NCBI GenBank assembly: GCA_003139775.1
Contig: PLGI01000116.1
Coordinates: forward strand, 1 to 59,938
Direction of reading: 5' to 3'
Source of the DNA: Syntrophaceae bacterium
GTDB lineage: Bacteria > Desulfobacterota > Syntrophia > Syntrophales > Smithellaceae
DNA length: 59,938 nucleotides
The notes below the pieces were generated by a model that worked only from the letters and a program-made list of their open reading frames with translations, made no database searches and was not told the DNA's origin. This document shows positions 9,255 to 22,042 of this stretch, in pieces (the stretch's first letter is position 1; the number at the start of each line of letters is the position of its first letter). The position numbers and the translations under genes were made by a program.

Positions 9255-9468
9255 ATAAGAAGGTCGAAGACAGCAGGTACGGAAGTTTAAACGTAAGATG
9301 GCCTGCCGAGACTCGTAGAATAAAAATAGTTACTTTATTTTTTGTAAAGGTAAACAATTTTTGGAAAACGGGAATCGGAGTCAGGCAAGGTTACCGTTTT
9401 TCGTTCTGTATGTGGCTAGATTCTCCGGCCTCAGGGAAATAAAATAATTTTGAAAGGAGGCTGATAGA
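9255..9468 (+). promoter_or_regulatory. Probable L10 (rplJ) leader RNA
   Basis: This is a 234-nt untranslated gap before rplJ. It contains aaggtcgaagacagcaggtac...ggcctgccgag (9260-9315), a helix resembling the L10-leader/23S stalk-base mimic, and a later aaaacgg...ccgtttt hairpin. Confidence 0.4.
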
Positions 9469-9993
9469 TTGGATCGGAGAACGAAAGAGCAAATTGTATC
9501 CGAACTGCAAAAGAAACTCAAAGAGGCCAAGCTAGGCGTTTTGACCAGTTTCAGCGGGATGAACGTCGAGAAGATGGAAACTTTAAGAAATGCGTTGCGC
9601 AAGTCCGATGCTGAATGGAAGGTTGTAAAAAACACTCTTTTGAGGATCGCCTCAAAAGAAACCGATTTCAGTATTCTTGCCGATCATTTCAAATGGCCTG
9701 TTGCCATTGTTTTGGGCTATAAAGATCCGGTTACGCCGACTAAGATTCTAATTGATTTTGCGAAGAAAAATCCGGAATTGGAAATCAAAGTCGGGATGCT
9801 GGATAAAAAGCTTTTAACTAAGGGTGATATTAATGTTTTAGCGGAATTACCCAGCAAAGAGGTTCTTTTAGGCAAATTAGTTTCGGTAATGGCAGCGGTA
9901 CCGACATCGTTCGTGACCGTTTTAAGTGGCGTTCCGAGAAGCTTTGTGCAAGTGCTCAATGCCTATTGTGATAAGAAAAAAACTTTAAATTAA
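9469..9993 (+). CDS. rplJ: 50S ribosomal protein L10
   Basis: 174 aa with a TTG start preceded by AAAGGAGG. Position is between rplA and rplL. Confidence 0.9.
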   Translation: MDRRTKEQIVSELQKKLKEAKLGVLTSFSGMNVEKMETLRNALRKSDAEWKVVKNTLLRIASKETDFSILADHFKWPVAIVLGYKDPVTPTKILIDFAKKNPELEIKVGMLDKKLLTKGDINVLAELPSKEVLLGKLVSVMAAVPTSFVTVLSGVPRSFVQVLNAYCDKKKTLN

Positions 9994-10018
9994 TAAAACA
10001 TACAGAGAGGAATAGAAA

Positions 10019-10402
10019 ATGTCAGAAATTACTAAAGACGACGTAGTCAAATTTATTGAAGGAATGACAGTATTGGAGCTTTCTGCCCTGGTGAAGGAAT
10101 TGGAAGAAAAATTCGGCGTTTCCGCTGCTGCCCCCATGATGGCCGCTGTTGCTGTTGGTGGCGCCGCTCCTGCCGCTGCTGCTGAAGAGCAGACTGAATT
10201 CAACGCCATCCTGACCGGATTCGGCGCGGAAAAAATTCAAGTAATTAAAGTTGTTCGTGCAATTACCAATTTGGGACTTAAAGAAGCAAAAGATTTGGTG
10301 GAAGGTGTGCCCAAGCCTATTAAAGAAGCTGTTTCCAAAGATGAAGCTGCCGATATTAAGAAGAAAATTGAAGCAGTCGGCGGGACCGTCGAGATTAAAT
10401 AA
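10019..10402 (+). CDS. rplL: 50S ribosomal protein L7/L12
   Basis: 127 aa with an Ala-rich hinge ([10 protein letters not shown]) and the C-terminal domain [19 protein letters not shown]. Confidence 0.95.
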   Translation: MSEITKDDVVKFIEGMTVLELSALVKELEEKFGVSAAAPMMAAVAVGGAAPAAAAEEQTEFNAILTGFGAEKIQVIKVVRAITNLGLKEAKDLVEGVPKPIKEAVSKDEAADIKKKIEAVGGTVEIK

Positions 10403-10437
10403 CATAATCTCTAATATATTATTTTATTAAGGACGCT

Positions 10438-13400
10438 ATGGGTGACTTTAGAAAATATTTTGGTCAGATAAAAAAAGTACTGGATATTCCCAATTTAATT
10501 GAGATTCAGACGCAATCTTATGAAAAATTCCTCCAGAAGGGATTTGCGCCGGCAAAGCGGGGTAATCTTGGTTTGCAGGGTGCTTTTAAGAGTGTTTTTC
10601 CCATTTCTGATTTTAGCGGGAAATGTTCTCTGGAGTTTGTCAGTTATAAGCTTGGTGATATCCGGTATGATGTGAAGGAGTGTGTTCAAAAAGGCATGAC
10701 TTATGCGGCTCCTTTAAAAATTGTTGTCAGGCTGGTGGTTTTTGACGTCGATCGCCTTGCTGACGGCAAAATCAACCGGGAAGCAGCCGAAACAAAGCAG
10801 ATTCGCGATATTAAAGAGCAGGAAGTTTACTTTGGCGAAATCCCGCTGATGACTGAAAATGGAACTTTTATCATAAACGGAACGGAGCGGGTTATTGTTA
10901 ATCAACTCCACCGTTCGCCGGGCATCTTTTTTGATCACGATAAAGGTAAAATCGTCGCCAGCGGTAAGTTAATTTATTCAGCACGAATTATTCCCATCAG
11001 AGGTTCCTGGCTGGACTTGGAATTTGATTCTAAAGACATCATCTATGTCCGGATCGACCGACGTAGAAAAATGCCTGTCACTATTTTGTTGAAGGCGCTG
11101 GGTAATGCGACAGATTTTATTTTAAATTATTTTTACAGCATCGATAAAGTTATCATTGAAGGTAAAAAGATTTTTTTCGCCGTTGACGATGCTCTCGCCG
11201 GTCAAAAAGCACCCGAAGACATAAAAGATCCTAAAAGCGCTGAAGTGATTGTTAAAAAAGGACGTAAGCTGACTAAGCCTCTTTTGAAGAAAATAATGGA
11301 TGCCGGTATTAAGCGTGTTGCAATCGATGAAACTGACCTTGCCGGTAAGATTCCTTCTTCGGACATTCTTGATCAGAAAACAGGAGAAATTATTTTCCGC
11401 TGTAACGAGGAATTGCCGCTAAACTGTTTGGAAATAGCCCGGGAAAAAGGTATCAAAGAATTAAATCTTATCCATCTTGATGAAGATATGGATAATGCTT
11501 CCATTCGGGATACTTTGTTGATGGATCGCATTGATACCTCCGAGGACGCGATAATGGAAATATATCGCCGGTTGCGTCCCAGCAATCCTCCCACTCCGGA
11601 GACGGCAGCGAAATTTTTCAAAAGCCTCTTCTTTGAACCGGAGACTTATGATTTATCGAATGTCGGTCGCGCCAAGATGAATTACAAATTACATCTGAAT
11701 GTATCGACTGATCTGACTGTATTGCGTAATGAAGATATTTTATCCGCGGTTAAATATTTGATCGATTTGAAAAATGGTGTTGGGGATTGCAGTGTCGATG
11801 ACATTGACCATTTAGGAAACCGCAGGGTGCGATCTGTTGGTGAGCTTATTGAAAACCAGTACCGTATTGGTTTGGTGCGTATGGAACGGGCGATCAAAGA
11901 AAAAATGAGTTTGCAGGATATCGAAACAATGATGCCGCATGATTTGATTAACGCTAAGCCCGTTTCTGCAGTTGTCAATGAATTTTTTAATTCTAGCCAG
12001 CTTTCTCAGTTTATGGATCAGACTAATCCCCTTTCTGAAATTACGCACAAGAGACGCTTGTCAGCATTAGGGCCTGGCGGTTTGACGCGGGAAAGAGCCG
12101 GATTTGAAGTCCGGGATGTACATCCCACTCATTACGGCCGTATTTGTCCGATAGAGACGCCAGAAGGACCTAATATCGGCTTGATCGTTTCTCTGAGTAC
12201 TTATGCCAGGGTTAACGAATTTGGCTTTATTGAAACACCTTATAGGATAGTAGAAAATGGTCACGTGTTAGATGAAGTCCGTTTCATAACAGCGATTGAA
12301 GAAGAAAATCAAAATGTCGCGTCGGCAGACCGTCCCCTTAATAAACATGACAAATTTGTTGAAGAATTGATATCTGTTAGAAAAGGTGGCGATTTTATTT
12401 CAGTTGTGCCGGAAGAAATTAAAATGATGGACGTTTCGCCCACCCAGCTTGTCAGTGTAGCGGCGGCATTAATTCCTTTTTTGGAACATGATGATGCCAA
12501 TCGTGCGCTGATGGGGTCAAACATGCAGAGACAATCTGTTCCTCTGATGACTCCGGAAGTGCCGGTAGTAGGGACAGGTATGGAATCAATTATCGCCCGT
12601 GATTCCGGGGCAGTTCTCTCCGTCAAGAGGGCGGGGGTTGTGGAAAGCGTTGATGCCTCGCGGATTATTGTCCGGGTTGACCATCCCGAAGAAGATGGCA
12701 TTGATAGCGGCGTTGATATTTATACTTTAGCTAAATATCAACGCTCTAACCAGGATACTTGTTTTAATCAGAAACCTATAGTCGCTGTTGGTGATCATCT
12801 CCATAAAAAAGATATACTGGCCGATGGGCCGGCAATTGATAATGGTGAGTTGGCGCTGGGCAGAAATGTTATGGTTGCCTTCATGTCTTGGGGTGGTTAC
12901 AACTACGAAGACTCTATTTTGGTTAGCGAAAGAATAGTTAAAGAGGACATTTTCACATCAATTCATATCGAAGAATTTGAAACCATGTCCCGTGATACCA
13001 AATTGGGCAAAGAAGAAATTACACGTGACATTCCCAACGTTGGCGAGGAAGTGCTTAAGAATTTAGATGAAAGCGGAATTATTTGCATTGGCGTTTCGGT
13101 TAAGCCCGGAGATATTCTTGTCGGTAAGATCACACCTAAAGGTGAAACTCAGTTGTCTGCCGAGGAAAAACTCTTGCGGGCAATATTTGGCGAAAAAGCC
13201 AGCGATGTGCGTGACACATCTTTACATGTTCCTCCCGGTGTTGAAGGCACAGTAATTGATGCTAAAATATTTACTAGGAAAGGTGCGGATAGTGATTTGC
13301 GTTCGCAGGCCATAGAAATAGAAGCTATTGAACAAATAACCAAAGACCGGGATGATGAAATCCGTATCCTGACTGAAACAATTAAAAAAGATATTACAAA

Positions 13401-14565
13401 AGTTATTATCGGAAAAACTGCAGCAACAAAAATAGTGGATGCTAAAAAGAAAACAATTTTAAAGAAAGGCGATAAAATTACAAAAGAGGTTTGGGCGGAT
13501 CTGCCTTTCTACTGCTGGAAAGAAATTACCATTGCTGAAAACGACGGCTCAGAAGAAAAGATAAATAACTTGATTGCTTCTCTGGAGAGAAAAATTGATT
13601 TTGTCCATGCTCATTTTGCGGAGAAACTGGATAAGATCAAAGCCAGTGATGAGCTTCCTCCTGGTGTTATTAAAATGGTCAAGGTTTATGTCGCTATTAA
13701 AAGAAAACTTTCCGTAGGTGACAAGATGGCGGGAAGGCACGGCAACAAAGGTGTTTTGTCGCGTATTTTACCGGAAGAAGATATGCCTTATTTTGCTGAT
13801 GGGTCCACTGTAGATATTGTCCTGAATCCCCTGGGTGTTCCTTCGCGAATGAATGTTGGACAAATTCTGGAGACGCATTTAGGCTGGGCGGCAAAATCAA
13901 TAGGCGAAGGTTTGAATGAACTGTGGAAAAAGAACTCTAATTTGAATAATATTAAAAGCGAATTGAAAAAAGCTTATTCTTCTCCGGATTTTGACAAATT
14001 TATTGATCAAGCTTCTGTTGAAGAGATCAAAAGATTTATGGGGCGTTTGAAAAAAGGAATGCTTGTAGCGAGCCCGGTTTTTGATGGTTGCCCTGAAAAT
14101 CAAATTAGAGAGATGTTAAAAAAAGCTGATTTGCCGGAAACAGGACAATCAATTCTTTTTGATGGTAGAACCGGCGAGCCCTTTGATCAGGAAGTTACAG
14201 TGGGCATTATTTACATGATGAAGTTACACCATTTGGTTGATAATAAAATTCATGCGCGTTCTATTGGTCCCTATTCGCTGGTAACTCAGCAGCCATTGGG
14301 TGGTAAAGCTCAATTCGGTGGTCAGAGGTTGGGCGAAATGGAAGTCTGGGCGATGGAGGCTTACGGTGCAGCTTATGCTTTGCAGGAATTTCTCACGGTC
14401 AAATCCGATGACGTAGCAGGAAGAACAAGGATTTACGAATCTATCGTAAAAGGTGAACATACATTTGAGTCGGGTCTGCCGGAATCCTTTAACGTGCTTG
14501 TTAAAGAACTCCAAGGGCTTGGATTAGACGTGGAGTTGATTGAGGAAGCCGACGAATTGAGCTGA
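10438..14565 (+). CDS. rpoB: DNA-directed RNA polymerase subunit beta
   Basis: 1375 aa. Conserved blocks: [73 protein letters not shown]. Confidence 0.97.
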   Translation: MGDFRKYFGQIKKVLDIPNLIEIQTQSYEKFLQKGFAPAKRGNLGLQGAFKSVFPISDFSGKCSLEFVSYKLGDIRYDVKECVQKGMTYAAPLKIVVRLVVFDVDRLADGKINREAAETKQIRDIKEQEVYFGEIPLMTENGTFIINGTERVIVNQLHRSPGIFFDHDKGKIVASGKLIYSARIIPIRGSWLDLEFDSKDIIYVRIDRRRKMPVTILLKALGNATDFILNYFYSIDKVIIEGKKIFFAVDDALAGQKAPEDIKDPKSAEVIVKKGRKLTKPLLKKIMDAGIKRVAIDETDLAGKIPSSDILDQKTGEIIFRCNEELPLNCLEIAREKGIKELNLIHLDEDMDNASIRDTLLMDRIDTSEDAIMEIYRRLRPSNPPTPETAAKFFKSLFFEPETYDLSNVGRAKMNYKLHLNVSTDLTVLRNEDILSAVKYLIDLKNGVGDCSVDDIDHLGNRRVRSVGELIENQYRIGLVRMERAIKEKMSLQDIETMMPHDLINAKPVSAVVNEFFNSSQLSQFMDQTNPLSEITHKRRLSALGPGGLTRERAGFEVRDVHPTHYGRICPIETPEGPNIGLIVSLSTYARVNEFGFIETPYRIVENGHVLDEVRFITAIEEENQNVASADRPLNKHDKFVEELISVRKGGDFISVVPEEIKMMDVSPTQLVSVAAALIPFLEHDDANRALMGSNMQRQSVPLMTPEVPVVGTGMESIIARDSGAVLSVKRAGVVESVDASRIIVRVDHPEEDGIDSGVDIYTLAKYQRSNQDTCFNQKPIVAVGDHLHKKDILADGPAIDNGELALGRNVMVAFMSWGGYNYEDSILVSERIVKEDIFTSIHIEEFETMSRDTKLGKEEITRDIPNVGEEVLKNLDESGIICIGVSVKPGDILVGKITPKGETQLSAEEKLLRAIFGEKASDVRDTSLHVPPGVEGTVIDAKIFTRKGADSDLRSQAIEIEAIEQITKDRDDEIRILTETIKKDITKVIIGKTAATKIVDAKKKTILKKGDKITKEVWADLPFYCWKEITIAENDGSEEKINNLIASLERKIDFVHAHFAEKLDKIKASDELPPGVIKMVKVYVAIKRKLSVGDKMAGRHGNKGVLSRILPEEDMPYFADGSTVDIVLNPLGVPSRMNVGQILETHLGWAAKSIGEGLNELWKKNSNLNNIKSELKKAYSSPDFDKFIDQASVEEIKRFMGRLKKGMLVASPVFDGCPENQIREMLKKADLPETGQSILFDGRTGEPFDQEVTVGIIYMMKLHHLVDNKIHARSIGPYSLVTQQPLGGKAQFGGQRLGEMEVWAMEAYGAAYALQEFLTVKSDDVAGRTRIYESIVKGEHTFESGLPESFNVLVKELQGLGLDVELIEEADELS

Positions 14566-14646
14566 CAAAGATAGCCCATTTAAGGAAACTTAACATAAGT
14601 AACTCAAAAATTTCACTTAAGCTTTTAATAGTACAGGAGAAAATCT

Positions 14647-17600
14647 GTGGAAGACGTTTTCAATTATTTTGAAAAACCAAAAAATCTGATCAGATTCAAT
14701 GCAATGAAGATTTCTATTGCTTCGCCGGAGAAGATCATTTCGTTGTCTCGTGGCGAAGTTAAGAAACCGGAAACAATCAACTACCGGACATTTAAACCGG
14801 AAAAAGATGGACTTTTTTGCGCAAAGATTTTTGGGCCGGTAAAGGATTACGAATGCCTTTGCGGGCGTTATAAGCGAATGAAACACCGTGGAGTAGTTTG
14901 CGAAAAATGTGGTGTAGAAGTTATTCAATCCAAAGTCCGCCGGGAAAGAATGGGACATATTACTTTGGCGACTCCCGTGGCTCATATTTGGTTTTTAAAG
15001 AGTCTTCCCAGCCGTATTGGCAATGCCGTGGATTTGCCGTTGAAGGAACTGGAAAAGGTTCTTTATTTTGAATCCTGGATTGTTCTTGATCCCAAAGAAA
15101 CTCCTTTGAAGAAAAAAGAGCTGCTTACGGATGAAGAATACGATGAAGCCAGAGAACAGTATGGTTCTAGTGGTTTCGTCGCGGGAATCGGCGCTGAAGC
15201 GATCAGGCAATTGCTGGAAGAAATGGATTTGGAAAAACTCTACGAAGAACTGCGCGCGGAAATTGTTACTTCCGTTTCCGATACCAAGAAAAAGAAATTG
15301 GTTAAAAGATTGAAGGTAGTGGAAGCGTTGCGTAAGTCAGGGAATAAACCGGAATGGATGATTTTAACAGTTCTGCCCGTGATCCCGCCTGATTTGCGGC
15401 CATTAGTTCCTCTGGATGGCGGCCGTTTTGCCACATCTGATCTTAACGATTTATATAGGCGGGTTATCAACAGAAATAACCGCTTAAAGCGTTTGCAGGA
15501 ATTAAATGCTCCGGAAATAATTATCCGCAATGAAAAGCGTATGTTACAGGAAGCGGTAGATGTTCTGTTTGATAATGGCCGTCGTGGCAGAGCGATTACC
15601 GGAACAAATAAAAGACCGCTTCGCTCCTTATCGGATATGTTGAAGGGTAAACAGGGCCGTTTCCGCCAGAATCTGCTGGGCAAACGTGTTGATTATTCCG
15701 GACGTTCAGTTGTTACGGTCGGGCCTGATTTAAGACTTCATCAGTGCGGTCTGCCCAAAAAAATGGCCATAGAACTCTTTAAACCTTTTATTTATAATCG
15801 TTTGTTGGAAAAAGGATATGTCACCACCGTAAAAAGCGCCAAGAAAATGGTGGAAAAGGAAACGGCCGAAGTTTGGGACGCGCTGGATGAAGTTGTGCGC
15901 GAATATCCGGTTATTCTGAACCGGGCGCCAACCCTGCACCGTTTGGGTATGCAAGCTTTTGAGCCGGTGTTAATTGAAGGTAAGGCCATCCGGCTTCACC
16001 CGTTAGTTTGTACAGCTTTTAATGCGGACTTTGATGGCGACCAGATGGCTGTCCACATTCCACTATCCATTGAGGCGCAAACAGAAGCCCGTGTCCTCAT
16101 GATGTCCACCAACAATATTCTTTCTCCGGCAAACGGGAGCCCGATTATCATTCCCAGCCAGGATATCGTTTTGGGCATTTATTATCTGACAAGAGCAAAA
16201 AATGAAGTTAAAGGCGAGGGAATGGTTTTTGCGTCTCCTGACGAAGTGCGTTCGGCTATTGATGCAGGCGCAATTGATTTGCATTCACGTATTAAAGTAC
16301 GCATTGGTTCGGATTTAAAAGACACCACAGCCGGAAGAATTATACTTTCAGAAATAGTTCCTCAGGAAATTGATTTCAACATGGTCAATAAGTTAATGAA
16401 TAAAAAAGAACTGACCAACTTAATAGATTATTGTTATCGTTTATGTGGCGACAAGATAACGATTCTTTTGTGCGACAGGCTCAAGGACCTGGGCTTTAAA
16501 TATGCGACTATTTCCGGGCTTTCATTTGCTGTGGGCAACATGATTATTCCAGAAAATAAAAAACGCATTGTTTCTCAGGCCGATAAGGATGTGCTGAAAA
16601 TTCAAAAACAGTATATGGACGGTTTGATTACCGATGGTGAGCGTTATAATAAAGTTGTTGATATTTGGGCACAGGCCACCGAGAAAATAGCTTCCGAAAT
16701 GTTGAAAGGTATCAGCACTGAAGAAGTCCCTGCTGCTGACGGCAAAAAGCGTAAAATTGAAAGTTTTAACCCAATTTACATGATGGCCGATTCCGGCGCT
16801 AGAGGCTCTGCAGTACAATTAAGACAATTGGCCGGTATGCGTGGATTGATGGCCAAGCCCTCGGGAGAAATTATCGAGACGCCGATCACAGCTAATTTCC
16901 GTGAAGGCTTAACCGTTCTGCAATACTTTATTTCCACCCACGGAGCGCGCAAAGGTTTGGCCGATACGGCGTTAAAAACAGCGAATTCCGGTTATCTGAC
17001 CAGAAGATTGGTGGATGTGGCGCAAGACTGCATCATTACGGAACATGATTGCGAAACAGTTGATGGAGTTTATGTTTCCGCGCTTATGGAAGGCGGCGAA
17101 ATTATCGAAACAGCCGGGGAGCGTGTGCTGGGTAGAGTTGCCTTGCAGAAAATTAAGGATCCATTTACCGGTGAAGTCATAGTTAAAGCCAATGAAGAGA
17201 TCGATGAAGCCTTGGCTGAAAAGATCGACCATGCCGGTATTGAGCGGATTAATATACGATCAGTTTTAACTTGTCGTTCCAAGCATGGCGTTTGCGCCAA
17301 GTGCTATGGCCGTGATTTGGCTCATGGCCATCTGGTTAATATTGGTGAAGCGGTTGGTATCGTTGCGGCTCAATCCATTGGTGAACCGGGTACACAGTTG
17401 ACCATGAGAACTTTCCATATCGGTGGTACAGCGAAATTTGACGAACATTCCACTCTGGAAGCGCGTCATGATGGTGTGATCAAATTTGTTAATTTAACTA
17501 CAGTGAAAACCAGAGAAGGTGATTTGGTGGTAATGAGACGTCATGGTGAAGTTCATGTTTTGGATGAACAAAAACGCAGTCGCGGCAAGTACCCCTTGTC

Positions 17601-18741
17601 TTATGGCGCCCATTTGAAAGTAAGTGATAATAGCACTGTTAAAAAAGGGCAATTAATTGCCGAATGGGATCCTTTCTCTATACCGATTTTGGCTGAAGTA
17701 GATGGCACAATTAAATTCGATGACATTATCGAAGGAAAAACGATGCAGGAGCAGGTTGATGAAGTTACCGGCCTGTCTCGTAAAATTATTGTAGAATTTA
17801 AAGGCGGAGATTTAAGGCCGCGTGTTTCGATCAAAGATAGCAAAGGCAAAACAGTCAAGTTTGCCGACTCGAATTCTGTTGCCCGCTACCTCTTGTCTGT
17901 AGGAGTTAACATAGTTGTTACTGAAGGAGATCAAGTCCGTGCGGGAGATATTATTGCCAAAATTCCGCGTGAAACAACAAAAACTAAGGATATCACAGGT
18001 GGTTTGCCTCGTGTTGCCGAACTTTTTGAGGCTCGTAAGCCCAAAGATTTTGCTGTTATCAGTGAGATTAACGGTGTTGTCTCTTATGGCAAGGATGCCA
18101 AGGGTAAACGCAAGATAATTGTAACCCCGGAAGTTGGAGAAGAAAAAGAATACCTTATTGCCAAGGGCAAACATATCAGTGTTCAGGAAGGCGACCACGT
18201 TATACCGGGCGACGCTTTGATGTCTGGCGTAAACAATCCCCATGACCTTTTAGCCATTAAGGGTGAGAAAGAACTGGCTAGATATTTGGTTGATGAAGTG
18301 CAGGAGGTTTACCGTTTGCAGGGAGTTAAGATTAACGATAAACACATGGAAGTCATTGTTCGTCAAATGCTCCGCAGAGTTAAGGTAAGTGATCCGGGCG
18401 ATACGGCTTTTATCGCTGATGAAAAAGTCGAGCGTTACCGCTTTCAGGAAGAGAACGAAAAGGTTGTAACTCAAGGCGGCCGTCCAGCAATAGGTGAACC
18501 GATGCTTTTGGGTATTACCAAAGCATCGCTGAGTACCCAGAGTTTTATTTCTGCTGCTTCATTCCAGGAAACTACCAAAGTGCTTACTGAAGCCGCACTT
18601 TCAGGTAAATCTGATTATTTAAGAGGTCTTAAAGAAAACGTTATTATGGGCAGATTGATAACGGCAGGTACTGGTCTGGTGATGTACCGGAAATTGGGTA
18701 TTAAGATTGCAAATGACAATCCTGAGGTGAACGTAGAATAA
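14647..18741 (+). CDS. rpoC: DNA-directed RNA polymerase subunit beta'
   Basis: 1364 aa with a GTG start. It has the Zn-finger [23 protein letters not shown] and the catalytic NADFDGDQM. Confidence 0.97.
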   Translation: MEDVFNYFEKPKNLIRFNAMKISIASPEKIISLSRGEVKKPETINYRTFKPEKDGLFCAKIFGPVKDYECLCGRYKRMKHRGVVCEKCGVEVIQSKVRRERMGHITLATPVAHIWFLKSLPSRIGNAVDLPLKELEKVLYFESWIVLDPKETPLKKKELLTDEEYDEAREQYGSSGFVAGIGAEAIRQLLEEMDLEKLYEELRAEIVTSVSDTKKKKLVKRLKVVEALRKSGNKPEWMILTVLPVIPPDLRPLVPLDGGRFATSDLNDLYRRVINRNNRLKRLQELNAPEIIIRNEKRMLQEAVDVLFDNGRRGRAITGTNKRPLRSLSDMLKGKQGRFRQNLLGKRVDYSGRSVVTVGPDLRLHQCGLPKKMAIELFKPFIYNRLLEKGYVTTVKSAKKMVEKETAEVWDALDEVVREYPVILNRAPTLHRLGMQAFEPVLIEGKAIRLHPLVCTAFNADFDGDQMAVHIPLSIEAQTEARVLMMSTNNILSPANGSPIIIPSQDIVLGIYYLTRAKNEVKGEGMVFASPDEVRSAIDAGAIDLHSRIKVRIGSDLKDTTAGRIILSEIVPQEIDFNMVNKLMNKKELTNLIDYCYRLCGDKITILLCDRLKDLGFKYATISGLSFAVGNMIIPENKKRIVSQADKDVLKIQKQYMDGLITDGERYNKVVDIWAQATEKIASEMLKGISTEEVPAADGKKRKIESFNPIYMMADSGARGSAVQLRQLAGMRGLMAKPSGEIIETPITANFREGLTVLQYFISTHGARKGLADTALKTANSGYLTRRLVDVAQDCIITEHDCETVDGVYVSALMEGGEIIETAGERVLGRVALQKIKDPFTGEVIVKANEEIDEALAEKIDHAGIERINIRSVLTCRSKHGVCAKCYGRDLAHGHLVNIGEAVGIVAAQSIGEPGTQLTMRTFHIGGTAKFDEHSTLEARHDGVIKFVNLTTVKTREGDLVVMRRHGEVHVLDEQKRSRGKYPLSYGAHLKVSDNSTVKKGQLIAEWDPFSIPILAEVDGTIKFDDIIEGKTMQEQVDEVTGLSRKIIVEFKGGDLRPRVSIKDSKGKTVKFADSNSVARYLLSVGVNIVVTEGDQVRAGDIIAKIPRETTKTKDITGGLPRVAELFEARKPKDFAVISEINGVVSYGKDAKGKRKIIVTPEVGEEKEYLIAKGKHISVQEGDHVIPGDALMSGVNNPHDLLAIKGEKELARYLVDEVQEVYRLQGVKINDKHMEVIVRQMLRRVKVSDPGDTAFIADEKVERYRFQEENEKVVTQGGRPAIGEPMLLGITKASLSTQSFISAASFQETTKVLTEAALSGKSDYLRGLKENVIMGRLITAGTGLVMYRKLGIKIANDNPEVNVE

Positions 18742-18764
18742 ATTTAAATAAGCTCAGAAAAGGC

Positions 18765-18793
18765 TTGACATATTTAAGCTGAATTGATAGTTA
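18765..18793 (+). promoter_or_regulatory. Possible sigma70-like promoter of the str operon
   Basis: TTGACA (18765-18770), a 17-nt spacer, TAGTTA (18788-18793). The -10 element is imperfect. Confidence 0.35.
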
Positions 18794-18848
18794 CCAGCGA
18801 TTTGCTGCTATAGTCAAAATGAGGGCAGTGATTTAGTTTAGGAGGAAA

Positions 18849-19220
18849 ATGCCGACGATAAGTCAATTGATTCGGAAAGGCCGAATCAAAGTACAAAAGA
18901 AAACAAATACACCGGCGCTGGCGGGTTCACCTCAACGTCGCGGTGTTTGCGTCAGGGTATATACGACGACACCAAAGAAGCCAAATTCAGCTTTGCGGAA
19001 AGTGGCCAGGGTTCGTCTCACCAGCGGGTATGAAGTTACTTCTTACATTCCGGGTATCGGTCACAATCTGCAGGAGCATTCCGTTGTTCTGGTGCGTGGG
19101 GGTAGGGTTAAGGATTTGCCGGGTGTAAGGTATCATGTCGTCAGAGGTACGCTCGACACTGTGGGGGTACAAGACCGCAAACAGAGTAGATCAAAGTACG
19201 GTGCAAAAAAGCCAAGCTAG
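18849..19220 (+). CDS. rpsL: 30S ribosomal protein S12
   Basis: [12 protein letters not shown]...[16 protein letters not shown], 123 aa. Confidence 0.96.
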   Translation: MPTISQLIRKGRIKVQKKTNTPALAGSPQRRGVCVRVYTTTPKKPNSALRKVARVRLTSGYEVTSYIPGIGHNLQEHSVVLVRGGRVKDLPGVRYHVVRGTLDTVGVQDRKQSRSKYGAKKPS

Positions 19221-19234
19221 ACGGAGATGATTAA

Positions 19235-19705
19235 ATGCCGAGAAGACGGGAAGTCGAAAAAAGAGATATTTTGCCCGATCCCAAGTTTAATAATAAACTG
19301 GTAGCAAAATTTGTTAATTCCTTGTTAAAAAAAGGTAAAAAAAGCGTTGCGGAAAGTATTCTTTATGGTGCTTTTGACATTATCGAAAAGAAATTGAAAG
19401 AGCAACCTGTTGAACTTTTCGAAAAAGCGGTAAATAACGTAAAACCAGTAATTGAGGTAAAATCAAGGCGTGTCGGTGGTTCTACTTACCAAGTGCCGAC
19501 AGAAGTTGTGCCGGCGAGACGCACGGCGTTGGCAATTCGCTGGTTGATATCCAATGCTCAGGAGCGCACAGAAAAAACCATGCGCGAAAAGCTGTCCGGT
19601 GAATTGATCGATGCTGCCAACAACCGTGGTGGGGCGATCAAGAAAAAAGAAAGTGTGCATAAGATGGCTGAAGCAAATAAAGCTTTTGCTCATTATAAAT
19701 TTTAA
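19235..19705 (+). CDS. rpsG: 30S ribosomal protein S7
   Basis: [20 protein letters not shown]..., 156 aa. Confidence 0.96.
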   Translation: MPRRREVEKRDILPDPKFNNKLVAKFVNSLLKKGKKSVAESILYGAFDIIEKKLKEQPVELFEKAVNNVKPVIEVKSRRVGGSTYQVPTEVVPARRTALAIRWLISNAQERTEKTMREKLSGELIDAANNRGGAIKKKESVHKMAEANKAFAHYKF

Positions 19706-19771
19706 CCCATAAGGGAATAATACTTACACGATAAGTGGATTAACCATTCAAAGTTAAGGAGGTAAATTGAC

Positions 19772-20962
19772 ATGGCTAAGAAGAAATTTGAAAGGACTAA
19801 GCCGCATTTTAATATCGGAACAATCGGTCACGTTGATCACGGCAAGACAACATTAACAGCCGCAATTACCAAGCATTTGGCGAAAAAAGGTTTTGCGGAA
19901 TTCAGGCCTTTCGATTCAATTGATAATGCTCCCGAAGAAAAAGAACGCGGGGTTACGATTAATATTTCCCATGTGGAATATGAAACAGAAGCAAGGCATT
20001 ACGCTCATGTTGATTGCCCCGGTCATGCTGACTATATTAAGAATATGATTTCCGGTGCGGCGCACATGGATGGAACGATTCTGGTTGTGGCCGCCTCCGA
20101 TGGTCCCATGCCTCAAACAAGAGAACATATTCTTCTTGCCCGACAGGTGCAGGTTCCTTGCATTGTTGTTTATCTTAATAAAGTTGATTTGGTTGATGAT
20201 CCTGAGCTTTTAGATCTGGTTGAACTAGAATTAAGAGAACTTTTAACCCAATATGAATTTCCCGGTGATGATATTGCAATCATTCGCGGGTCGGCGCTGA
20301 AAGCGCTGGAAGCCGAGGATGGCAATTCCCCCGATGTCAAATCTATTTGGGAACTTTTGACTGCTATTGATAAACTCCCACAGCCGAAACGTGATACCGA
20401 TAAACCTTTCCTGATGCCGGTTGGCGATGTCTTTACTATTTCCGGTCGTGGTACAGTTGTGACCGGTAGAGTAGATAGAGGTATTGTCAAGGTTGGTGAG
20501 GACGTGGAAATCATCGGTATCAGGCCAACTATTAAGACGGTTGTTACCGGTGTGGAAATGTTCCGCAAAACCCTTGACGAAGGCCGTGCTGGCGATGATG
20601 TTGGTTTACTTTTAAGAGGAATTAAACGCGAGGATGTGGAAAGAGGGCAAGTTGTCGCCAAACCTGGCTCCATCACCCCTCATACAAAATTTGAAGCTGC
20701 TGTTTACGTATTGACCAAGGAAGAAGGCGGCAGGCATACGCCATTCTTCTCCGGCTATCGCCCTCAGTTTTACTTCCGTACAACCGACGTAACCGGAGTG
20801 GCAACTTTGCCCGAAGGCATAGAAATGGTTATGCCCGGAGATAATGTCAAAATGTCGATAGAGTTGATTATGCCCATTGCCATGGAAGAGCAACTAAGAT
20901 TCGCCATTCGCGAGGGTGGAAGAACTGTAGGTGCTGGAGTCGTAAGCAAGGTTATTGAATAG
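19772..20962 (+). CDS. tuf: Elongation factor Tu
   Basis: 396 aa with [17 protein letters not shown] and NKVD motifs. It follows rpsG directly, with no fusA between them. Confidence 0.97.
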   Translation: MAKKKFERTKPHFNIGTIGHVDHGKTTLTAAITKHLAKKGFAEFRPFDSIDNAPEEKERGVTINISHVEYETEARHYAHVDCPGHADYIKNMISGAAHMDGTILVVAASDGPMPQTREHILLARQVQVPCIVVYLNKVDLVDDPELLDLVELELRELLTQYEFPGDDIAIIRGSALKALEAEDGNSPDVKSIWELLTAIDKLPQPKRDTDKPFLMPVGDVFTISGRGTVVTGRVDRGIVKVGEDVEIIGIRPTIKTVVTGVEMFRKTLDEGRAGDDVGLLLRGIKREDVERGQVVAKPGSITPHTKFEAAVYVLTKEEGGRHTPFFSGYRPQFYFRTTDVTGVATLPEGIEMVMPGDNVKMSIELIMPIAMEEQLRFAIREGGRTVGAGVVSKVIE

Positions 20963-20987
20963 AAACAGGGAATAGGTTATCCGATCA

Positions 20988-21296
20988 ATGAAAGAACAAA
21001 AGATTAGAATTCGTCTCAAAGCTTACGATTATAAACTTTTAGATCGTTCCGTAGAAGAAATAGTGGAAACGGCAAAAAGAACCGGTGCGCGTGTTGCCGG
21101 TCCTATCCCTATCCCTACCGAAATTAATAAGTATTGCGTAAATCGTTCACCGCATGTGGACAAAAAATCTCGCGAGCAGTTTGAAATCAGAACACATAAA
21201 AGATTGATTGATATCGTCGGTCCTACTCAAGCCACAGTGGACGCTTTGATGAAATTAGATCTCTCGGCCGGAGTGGATGTAGAAATAAAAGCGTAG
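20988..21296 (+). CDS. rpsJ: 30S ribosomal protein S10
   Basis: 102 aa, [16 protein letters not shown]... Confidence 0.95.
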   Translation: MKEQKIRIRLKAYDYKLLDRSVEEIVETAKRTGARVAGPIPIPTEINKYCVNRSPHVDKKSREQFEIRTHKRLIDIVGPTQATVDALMKLDLSAGVDVEIKA

Positions 21297-21388
21297 GCAT
21301 GCTTTTTGAGTGTTGGGAGATGGTATCGAATCATGGCCATTCTTCAAAGTGAAGATTATTGACTTATATTTAAAAATTGGAATATTAG

Positions 21389-22021
21389 ATGAGTAAGGGA
21401 ATTATTGGAAAAAAATTGGGAATGACTCAAGTGTTTGCAGATGATGGAGCTACCGTCGGTGTGACTGCTATTGAAGTGGAACCGTCCGTTATCGTGCAGG
21501 TAAAAACAAAAGATAAGGATGGATATGATGCCATTCAACTTGGCTACGGCAGAATTAAACAAAAGAATGTAACCAAGCCATTGCAGGGTCATTTTAGCAA
21601 AGCTAATAAAGGATTTTTCCGTAAACTAAAAGAATTTCAGGCGGAATCGGAAAAATATGAAACTGGGCAGGAAATTACTGCGGACATTTTTCAAGCTGGT
21701 GATTTCGTTGATGTAGTTGGCACTTCCAAGGGTAAAGGTTTTGCGGGTGTAGTCAAGAGACATGGCTTTGCCGGTGGCAAGGCCACTCATGGTTCCATGC
21801 ATCATCGGGCGCCAGGTTCCATTGGTGCCAGTGCCGATCCGGCGCGTGTATTTAAGGGCACGAAAATGGGTGGTCAAATGGGCAATGTACGTAAAACTAT
21901 CCAGAATTTACAAGTATGGCAGGTGCGTCCCGATAGAAATTTGCTTTTGTTAAAGGGTTCGATTCCTGGCAGCGAAAACGGGTTTGTATTAATTAAAAAA
22001 GCTACGAAAAAGAGTGCTTAA
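21389..22021 (+). CDS. rplC: 50S ribosomal protein L3
   Basis: MSKGIIGKKLGMTQVF..., 210 aa. Confidence 0.95.
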   Translation: MSKGIIGKKLGMTQVFADDGATVGVTAIEVEPSVIVQVKTKDKDGYDAIQLGYGRIKQKNVTKPLQGHFSKANKGFFRKLKEFQAESEKYETGQEITADIFQAGDFVDVVGTSKGKGFAGVVKRHGFAGGKATHGSMHHRAPGSIGASADPARVFKGTKMGGQMGNVRKTIQNLQVWQVRPDRNLLLLKGSIPGSENGFVLIKKATKKSA

Positions 22022-22042
22022 GTCACATCTGGAGTTATAAAA

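Noticed and set aside
10022-10405. 127-aa mirror ORF antisense to rplL, and similar long antisense ORFs in tuf (20170-20676), rpoC and pstC
   Set aside because: These are classic shadow ORFs opposite highly expressed, strongly codon-biased genes, and the sense genes are unambiguous.
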